From IMG/VR virus record IMGVR_UViG_3300042562_000746, positions 62,251-126,250 of that record: 64,000 bases of DNA. One strand, given 5' to 3'. Position 1 is the stretch's first letter. Every line of letters begins with the position of its first letter. The position numbers were made by a program, and so were the translations under genes. Origin of the DNA: a virus (Duplodnaviria > Caudoviricetes). This document shows positions 56,779 through 64,000 of this stretch, in pieces. The notes under the pieces were generated by a model that searched no databases, was not told the origin of the DNA, and was given only the letters and a program-made list of their open reading frames with translations.

Positions 56779-57384
56779 TTATGCCCAAACACCTGCATCA
56801 GGACCTGCTGCAAATTGAGTATAAATTGATGAACTGAATGATAATACATCACCGATACCATATACACTACCACTAAATCCGTTTGCAGTTGTGATATTTG
56901 CTATTGTTACATCATTATATCTAAAATCAATTGATTCACTTATACTTGCTACTTTATAAAGAGAACCACTACCTTGAATAAATCCGATTGTTCCTGCAAA
57001 TGGCTCAGAGTTGAAATCAAAATCATCCGGTCTCATTGATGCGGTTACACCGGTCAATGCTCCACCATCACCACTAAATGAACCAGTGAATGCACCACTT
57101 ACCGGACCAGCAAAATATGTGTTACCATCAAAGTTTGCATTACCATTGATTTCTAATTGTCCAAATGAACCTGTTCCTAAGATATTAATTGAACCAGTTA
57201 CTTCTGCACCAGTTACAACTAATTGTTCAATTGTTATTGTCCCAGCATTATCTTTTTTAAGAAATACTCTACCATCTGTGGTGTTTACACCCAATTCACC
57301 AAGTTGTAATTGGTCGGTTGTAGGTACTTTAGCCGCTAAATTTGAACGTCTTAATAATACTGATTGTGTTACTGCTGCTGCCAT
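56779..57384 (-). CDS. short fibre-like protein
   Basis: LRRS...KVP...LGELGVNTTDGRVF; ends DAGVWA. Confidence 0.75.
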   Translation of the reverse strand: MAAAVTQSVLLRRSNLAAKVPTTDQLQLGELGVNTTDGRVFLKKDNAGTITIEQLVVTGAEVTGSINILGTGSFGQLEINGNANFDGNTYFAGPVSGAFTGSFSGDGGALTGVTASMRPDDFDFNSEPFAGTIGFIQGSGSLYKVASISESIDFRYNDVTIANITTANGFSGSVYGIGDVLSFSSSIYTQFAAGPDAGVWA

Positions 57385-57414
57385 ATATTTGTTTTCCCTT
57401 TTACTTGTTTGTTA

Positions 57415-60400
57415 TTAGAATGAACCACCATCTATTGTTGTTTCTAATGTTGTTATTCTATAATTACTTGCACTTATTGATGTTGCAAACGATGAACTAT
57501 TGTTTGTAATATCAGTACTTTGAGTTGCATCAGTTAAATAGATTGAAGCACTTAATGCTGAAACTACATATGCACTTGCACTAAATGAAGTTGCTACCGA
57601 ACTACTAAAGTCACCAGTTACACTTGCTACACTTGCAGATAATGCAGTTATATTAGCGTTACTAGCCGATGTAGATGTTGCAAATGCTCCACTAATTGAA
57701 GTTACATTTGCTGCACTTGCACTAATTGAAGTTGCTACCGAACTACTAAATATAGTTTGAGATGCTACACTTGCACTTAATGAAGTTGCAAAAGATGAAC
57801 TAAATGAACTAGCTGATTGGAATGCTCCCCATGCACTAGCACTTGCTTCTGTAATATTTGTTGTTTGTGTTGAATCAGTTGATGCAATTGAAGCACTTAA
57901 TGCTACTCTTGCTGCATTTGAAGCACTAAAGTCCGTTGCTACTGATTGAGAGAATGTACCACCAACACTTGCTACTGAAGCACTTAATTCAGTTATTTGA
58001 TAATTACTTGCAGATGTTGATGTTGCAAATGATTGGCTAAATGAACTAGCTGATTGGAATGCTCCCCATGCTGATGCACTTGCTGCATTTATATCAGTAT
58101 AAATTGCATCATTATAATCTGCGTATCCATCTAAATCTGCTATTGCAATTTGAGCACCACCACTTACTACACTATCACCTATTGCTAATAATACTTTACT
58201 TTCACTATTCTTAGTTCCAGCCTTCCAATAATCGTTTGTTGAATCCCAAAGTAATGAACCAGTTGCTGTATTTGGTGCAGTTACATCTTTAATATACAAA
58301 CCACCATTAGTTGCACCAGTACCATTTAATTCGATGATGTTATCACCTAATTCAATTGTAGTTGAATTAACCGAAGTTGTTGTACCTCTTACTAATAAAT
58401 CTCCTTGAATTGTTACACTTGAACCAGTTAATTCAATCGCCGTTTTTAACGATGATGAATATGTTTCTAATGCATCGATTCTACCGGTTTGTGTGTTACC
58501 ATTTGATGCTAAAGAAGCACTTACTGCACTTAATGAAGAACTAAATGAACTACTTATTGATGTTACATTTGCTGCACTTGCACTAAATGAAGTTGCTACC
58601 GCACCACTTACTACACTTAAATTTGTTGCAGTTGTAAATGCACTTGCAGAATCTGTTGTTGCTAATGAAGAACTTACGTTAGTTATTGTTGATGCTACCG
58701 CACCACTTAAAGCAGTTTGAGAAGCCACACTTGCACTAAAATCAGTTGCAATTGAAGCACTTAATGCTACTCTTGCTGCAGTTGAAGCACTAAAATCAGT
58801 TGCTACTGAACTACTGAATGTTCCACCTACTGATGCAACTGATGCACTTAATTGTGTTACTTCATATACACTTGAACTAAATCTACTATCTACCGATTGA
58901 GAGAATGCACCGATATTTCCTACACCACTTATGTTTGATGCACTAAGTTCGTTAGTTATCGTTGTTTGGCTAGCAGAAACTACTAACACATTATTGTTTA
59001 AACCACTAGGTGATACTGAGAAATTAGCATTATGAACATGAACACCACTACCTGTTGCTGTTAACATTAATTCGTTATCAGCTATGATACTAATATTATT
59101 ATCTATATTTCCTAATTCAATTCTACCTTGATTTCCTGAGATATGATTAGTTACTAAATCTTGACCGAATTGAATATATACTGAACCAGTTACTACTACA
59201 TCACCTGTTATATTTTGTGTTCCTACGAAACCATTTGAACCAGTTGTTGCAAATGTTGTTGATTTGAATTCTTCACTTCTTAATCTACTATCTACTGATG
59301 TACTTAATGTATTAATTGTTCCACTAACTGAAGCACTTAATGCTACTCTTGCTGCTGTTGATGAACTAAAATCGGTTGCTACTGAACTACTGAAAGTTCC
59401 ACCAACACTTGCTACTGAAGCACTTAATTCAGTTATTTGATAATTACTTGCAGATGTAGAAGTTGCAAATGCTCCACTAATTGAAGTTACACTTGCACTT
59501 ACTGATGTAATTAAAGCTACACTTGCAGAATCAGTTGTTGCCAATGAAGCACTTAATGAAGTTTGTGAAGCTGCACTTGCACTTAATGAAGTTGCAAAAG
59601 ATGAACTATTATTAGTTATTGAATTTGATTGCGTTGCATCTGTTTGATATATTGAAGAACTTAATGTATTTACATCTGATGCAATTGATGCACTTAATGC
59701 TACTCTTGCTGCGGTTGATGCTGAGAAATCAGTTGCTACTGAACTACTGAAAGTTCCACCAACTGAAGCTACACTTGCACTTAATACTGAAATATCATAT
59801 GCACTTGCACTAAATCTACTATTTACTGATGCAGAATATAAACTTACATTTCCAATACCTACAATACTACCACTAATTGTACCTACCCCACCTACATATA
59901 TTGAAGAACCACCTGTTAAGTTTAATGATGAACTATTACCTAAGTTCATATTTGAATCATTAACCGCTACTGCATTATTGAAATTTGCAGTACCCGTCAT
60001 ATCAAATGAACCAGTTAATACTTGGTCACCATTGAATGTATTTGAACCAGTTGTTGCATAACTTCCTGTTTTAGAAGTTAAACTTTGAATATTAACACTT
60101 TGAGTTGCATCAGTTTGATAAATAGAAGCACTTAATGCTACTCTTGCTGCTGTTGATGAACTAAAATCGGTTGCTACTGAACTACTGAAAGTTCCACCAA
60201 CCGAAGCTACACTTGCACTTAAAGATGTGATTTCAAAATTACTTGCTGATGTTGAAGTTGCAAATGCTCCACTTACTGAACTTAAACTTGCACTTACCAA
60301 TGCTATTGAAGCTGCACTTGCACTAAATGAAGTTGCTACCGCACCACTTACTGAACTTAATTGAGATGCCGCATATGCTGCACTTGCACTATCAGTTGTT

Positions 60401-62883
60401 GCTATCGAAGCACTTAAAGCGGTTTCAGAAGCTACACTTGCAGAGAATGAAGTTGCAAATGCTCCACTTACTGAACTTACACTTGCACTTACATTTGTAA
60501 TTTCTGCTACACTTGCACTAAATCTACTATCTACTGATTGAGAATATAAAGTTACATTTCCAATACCAGTTATAGTTGATGCACTTAATTCAGCTGATAT
60601 AGTTACTGATGTATCAATTGTAACACCATTAGTTGCATCAATAGTAATAGTTTGTGCACCATCATCAATTTTTAGATAGTTGGTATCATCACCAAAGAAA
60701 CTATATGATGCATTACCTTTAATATGAATATCAGAAGGGGCTGTGTTATATATTTCAACTTTTCTTGCATCATTAACATCTGGTTGTAAAAATATACTTC
60801 CAGTACCTTTAATTTCATTAGTTACGATTAAAGAAGAACTTATTATTTGCTCACCTTTAAATGTATTTGAACCGGTTGTTGCATATGAACCAGTCAATGC
60901 TTCTAAACCAGAAACTCTACTTCCTAATGAACCACCTGTACCGATAGAAGATTCTATTGATGCAACTCTACTATTTACTGATGTAGAATATGCCGTTACA
61001 TTACCGATACCTGCTATTGTTGAAGAACTAATTTCACCACTTACATCTAAATCACCAGTTACGATAATTGTAGATGCACTTTGTTCCATTATAGAATCAC
61101 CAATATGGTCATCACCGGTTGCCACAGGTATTCTACCACTTGTTAATCCAACTTCTTCTCCTAATGAACCCGTATTTTTAGGACCAGCAATTAACATTGC
61201 GGAGTTATAAGGTGCTCCACTATCTGCCGGATGCTCATATAACCAATGATTGTTTATTGAATCCCACCATAAAGAACCTGTTCCTGCATTTGAACCACTA
61301 TCTATTACCGAAATACCACCGAATCTAACTGCAGGTGATGCGGTATTTAATACTATTGTATTTGTACCAATTGATACTGCACTTGCGGTTACATTCAATA
61401 AAGATGAAGAACCATATATAGTTACATCACCTGTTACAGATAACGAACCACTAATAATTTGGTTTGCTTTGAATGTATTTGAACCAGTTGTTGCATATGT
61501 AGTTTCAATTACACCTAATCTATCTGATTGTGCATTATCTGTTAATGCTATTGAAGCACTTAATGCTACTCTTGCTGCCGCTGATGCTGAAAAATCCGTT
61601 GCAACACTACTACTAAATGTACCACCTACTGATGCTACACTTGCAGATAATGCTGCGATTTCTGCGTTACTTGCAGATGTTGATGTTGCAAACGCACCAC
61701 TAATTGCAGTTACATTTGCTGCACTTGCTGAGAATGAAGTTGCAACAGATGAACTTACTGAACTTAATTGAGATGCTGCATATGCTGCACTTGCTGAATC
61801 CGTTGTTGCAATTGAAGCACTTAATGAAGTTACACTTGCTGCACTTGCACTAAATGAAGTTGCTACTGCACCACTTACTGAATTTAATTGTGAAGCTGCA
61901 TATGCTGCACTTGCACTATCAGTTGTTGCTATTGAAGAACTTAAATTTGTTATTGTTGTTGCTACCGCACCACTTAAAGCAGTTTGAGAAGCGGCACTTG
62001 CTGAGAAAGAAGTTGCTACTGATGAACTAAAGTCACCAGTTACACTTGCTACTGAAGCACTTAATGCTGAAATTTGATATGCTGATGCTGAATCAGTTGT
62101 TGCAATTGAAGAACTTAAATTTGTTATTGTTGTTGCTATCGCTCCACTTAATGCGGTTTGAGAAGCTACACTTGCAGAATCAGTTGTTGCTATTGAAGAA
62201 CTTAAAGCTGTTTGAGAAGCTGCACTTGCACTAAATGAAGTTGCTACCGCACCACTTAAAGCAGTTTGAGAAGCTGCACTTGCAGAATCAGTTGTTGCAA
62301 TTGAAGAACTTAAATTTGTTATTGTTGTTGCAATTGCACCACTTAATGCAGTTTGAGAAGCTGCACTTGCACTATCAGTTGTTGCTATTGAAGCACTTAA
62401 TCCGGCAAAACCAAATACTGATTGTGAGAATGCATTTAGATTTGCGGTACTTGCACTAAATGAGGTTGCAACCGAAGAACTAAAATCACCAGTTACACTC
62501 GCGATACTTGCTGCACTTGCACTAAATGAAGTAGCTACTGAAGCACTAAATGTACCAATGTTACCTGTTAAGTCTGGAGTTGTATTACCATCTGCACCTA
62601 ATAAGAATAAAGTGTTACTACTACTTGCATAGAAAGGAACACCATCCATTAGATTTCCGTAAGATGAAGCAGAGAATATAGGAGCTGTTGCACCTTGTAG
62701 TACTCTGTTTGCAGCTACTACTGAACCACTTTCTACTGCCGCAAATACTATACCTTGTCCGTTAGTTACGCCTGTTAATTTACTTGAACCGGTAGCTATT
62801 AAAATCTCACCTTTTTGAAGTGAGCCGGTTGCTGAAGATAGTCTGTCTAAACTACCACGTCTATTCTTAATGATTTGTGCCAT
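57415..62883 (-). CDS. giant Ser/Ala-rich repetitive fibre protein (1822 aa)
   Basis: N-terminal RRGSL...LQKGE; many SAS heptad-like repeats; ends IDGGSF. Confidence 0.85.
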   Translation of the reverse strand: MAQIIKNRRGSLDRLSSATGSLQKGEILIATGSSKLTGVTNGQGIVFAAVESGSVVAANRVLQGATAPIFSASSYGNLMDGVPFYASSSNTLFLLGADGNTTPDLTGNIGTFSASVATSFSASAASIASVTGDFSSSVATSFSASTANLNAFSQSVFGFAGLSASIATTDSASAASQTALSGAIATTITNLSSSIATTDSASAASQTALSGAVATSFSASAASQTALSSSIATTDSASVASQTALSGAIATTITNLSSSIATTDSASAYQISALSASVASVTGDFSSSVATSFSASAASQTALSGAVATTITNLSSSIATTDSASAAYAASQLNSVSGAVATSFSASAASVTSLSASIATTDSASAAYAASQLSSVSSSVATSFSASAANVTAISGAFATSTSASNAEIAALSASVASVGGTFSSSVATDFSASAAARVALSASIALTDNAQSDRLGVIETTYATTGSNTFKANQIISGSLSVTGDVTIYGSSSLLNVTASAVSIGTNTIVLNTASPAVRFGGISVIDSGSNAGTGSLWWDSINNHWLYEHPADSGAPYNSAMLIAGPKNTGSLGEEVGLTSGRIPVATGDDHIGDSIMEQSASTIIVTGDLDVSGEISSSTIAGIGNVTAYSTSVNSRVASIESSIGTGGSLGSRVSGLEALTGSYATTGSNTFKGEQIISSSLIVTNEIKGTGSIFLQPDVNDARKVEIYNTAPSDIHIKGNASYSFFGDDTNYLKIDDGAQTITIDATNGVTIDTSVTISAELSASTITGIGNVTLYSQSVDSRFSASVAEITNVSASVSSVSGAFATSFSASVASETALSASIATTDSASAAYAASQLSSVSGAVATSFSASAASIALVSASLSSVSGAFATSTSASNFEITSLSASVASVGGTFSSSVATDFSSSTAARVALSASIYQTDATQSVNIQSLTSKTGSYATTGSNTFNGDQVLTGSFDMTGTANFNNAVAVNDSNMNLGNSSSLNLTGGSSIYVGGVGTISGSIVGIGNVSLYSASVNSRFSASAYDISVLSASVASVGGTFSSSVATDFSASTAARVALSASIASDVNTLSSSIYQTDATQSNSITNNSSSFATSLSASAASQTSLSASLATTDSASVALITSVSASVTSISGAFATSTSASNYQITELSASVASVGGTFSSSVATDFSSSTAARVALSASVSGTINTLSTSVDSRLRSEEFKSTTFATTGSNGFVGTQNITGDVVVTGSVYIQFGQDLVTNHISGNQGRIELGNIDNNISIIADNELMLTATGSGVHVHNANFSVSPSGLNNNVLVVSASQTTITNELSASNISGVGNIGAFSQSVDSRFSSSVYEVTQLSASVASVGGTFSSSVATDFSASTAARVALSASIATDFSASVASQTALSGAVASTITNVSSSLATTDSASAFTTATNLSVVSGAVATSFSASAANVTSISSSFSSSLSAVSASLASNGNTQTGRIDALETYSSSLKTAIELTGSSVTIQGDLLVRGTTTSVNSTTIELGDNIIELNGTGATNGGLYIKDVTAPNTATGSLLWDSTNDYWKAGTKNSESKVLLAIGDSVVSGGAQIAIADLDGYADYNDAIYTDINAASASAWGAFQSASSFSQSFATSTSASNYQITELSASVASVGGTFSQSVATDFSASNAARVALSASIASTDSTQTTNITEASASAWGAFQSASSFSSSFATSLSASVASQTIFSSSVATSISASAANVTSISGAFATSTSASNANITALSASVASVTGDFSSSVATSFSASAYVVSALSASIYLTDATQSTDITNNSSSFATSISASNYRITTLETTIDGGSF

Positions 62884-62982
62884 AATTTTATTGGGGTTAC
62901 TCCTTTACTTCTAATAAATAGTTAAATTTATTAGTAATCCGTAGATTATTTGAATATATTATTGTTTTATTTTGAATTAATT

Positions 62983-63648
62983 CTACCACTCACCCCCATC
63001 CGCTACTGATGATGTTACATACACCTCGTAATCGGTTGCAAACGTTGTATCTACCGTTGATGCCATTGTAGAACCCGATGTAAAGTTTGCGTTAAATATA
63101 TCAATCACTTGTTGTGAAGATGATATTACACCTATTGGAAAATAGTTTTGTATGCTAGCCAACGAATTTGCAATAGATGCACTTACCAATGCTTCTGATG
63201 CTGATATAGATTGGCTTACTGCTGCTAATTCTAAATCCGTTGCAAAGGTTGTACTTAATGAAGAACTAAATTGTTCTACTGCATCTAATCTACTATCTAT
63301 TGAACTACTAAATGGTTGTATATTACCTATTAAATTAATTGCCTCATTTCCAGTTGAACTTAATAAATGTAAAGTAGAACTACCGCTTGTATAATATGGA
63401 ATACCATCAATTAAACCATTATAAACTCCGTTTGATAAATCAGGTGCAGTTGAACCCGTTGTTTTCATTATTCTATTTGTTGCCTGAACTGAACCACTTT
63501 CAGTTGTAGTAAACATAATAGAAGAACCATTTGAAGATGGGATACCAATAGATGCTGATGCAAATATTACCTCACCTTTTTGTAGTGAACCAGTAATAGT
63601 AGATAATCTCTCTAAACTACCACGTTTTAATTTTAATATTTGACTCAT
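62983..63648 (-). CDS. short paralog of the giant fibre protein
   Basis: N-terminus closely similar to 57415-62883 (KRGSLERLS..TGSLQKGE, DGIPYY); ends ADGGEW. Confidence 0.8.
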   Translation of the reverse strand: MSQILKLKRGSLERLSTITGSLQKGEVIFASASIGIPSSNGSSIMFTTTESGSVQATNRIMKTTGSTAPDLSNGVYNGLIDGIPYYTSGSSTLHLLSSTGNEAINLIGNIQPFSSSIDSRLDAVEQFSSSLSTTFATDLELAAVSQSISASEALVSASIANSLASIQNYFPIGVISSSQQVIDIFNANFTSGSTMASTVDTTFATDYEVYVTSSVADGGEW

Positions 63649-63685
63649 TATATAGGTTTCCTATGTTATTTATTTTTTAATTATG

Positions 63686-64000
63686 TTAAAATTCGCCTTG
63701 ATCAATTATTTGTGAAGAAGTAATATAAACTTCGTAATCTGTTGCGTATATATCATTTAATGAAGAACTAAATTGATTAAATGTTGTTGAACTTGCACTA
63801 AATGATTGAGATACCGATTGTGTATATGAATTGAATGAAGCGGTCGTTACAAGTCCCACCCCAGTTGCTACTATACCAATACTTGCTGCAATTGATGCAC
63901 TTATTGCTGCAACTTCTATATCGGTTGTAATTAAAGATAATGCTCCACTCAACGATGAACTAACAATATCAATCACCTGCGTATTTATATCTACACCAAT
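63686..64000 (-). CDS. fibre-like protein, C-terminal part (5' end outside window)
   Basis: Frame open to the window edge; ATDYEVY..S...IDQGEF shared with its neighbour. Confidence 0.75.
   Translation of the reverse strand: MGVDINTQVIDIVSSSLSGALSLITTDIEVAAISASIAASIGIVATGVGLVTTASFNSYTQSVSQSFSASSTTFNQFSSSLNDIYATDYEVYITSSQIIDQGEF

Larger units (their letters stand above)
51580..58071. repeat. dispersed coding repeat SAWGAFQSAS (8 copies in 3 genes)
   Basis: Near-identical AATGCTCCCCATGC core at about 51.6, 53.2, 53.3, 53.9, 54.0, 54.1, 57.8 and 58.05 kb. Confidence 0.85.

Noticed and set aside
51580-58071. Repeated ~24-nt sequence as a CRISPR array or DGR template/variable repeat
   Set aside because: Irregular spacing, all copies in frame within genes, no cas or reverse transcriptase gene in the window, and differences are not adenine-specific
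1-64000. Stop-codon reassignment, as seen in some large Bacteroidota phages
   Set aside because: Core genes are full length in code 11, TAG terminates genes (e.g. 16701, 30133), and no suppressor tRNA was seen

Overview
AT-rich 64-kb segment of a large T4-like contractile-tailed phage. Every credible gene is on the minus strand. The host is probably a member of Bacteroidota, judging from repeated TTTG-N19/20-TAnnTTT(A/G) promoters, a near absence of SD motifs and a tmRNA tag ending YAVAA. From right to left (the direction of transcription) the window holds: an array of Ser/Ala-rich tail-fibre-like genes with a glycosyltransferase and a Hint-domain protein; a tail module (sheath, tube, frameshifted assembly chaperone, tape measure, baseplate); accessory enzymes (five 2OG-Fe(II) oxygenases across the window, APS kinase, a minimal nucleotidyltransferase); T4-like replication genes (SSB, RecA/UvsX, RNase H-like nuclease, helicase, PolB, clamp, plus a PolA-like gene); class II RNR, thioredoxin, PhoH and dUTPase; two DNA amino-methyltransferases; and a ~5-kb RNA island with 19 tRNAs, a tmRNA, a ~870-nt GOLLD-like RNA and several unexplained structured RNAs. 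The best candidate for a new system is a 22-codon leader peptide with mutually exclusive antiterminator/terminator hairpins directly upstream of an 11-tRNA block. The leader contains all 11 amino acids of that block, which suggests a ribosome-stalling attenuator that switches on phage tRNAs when host tRNAs are depleted. All calls come from reading motifs by eye; no searches were run.
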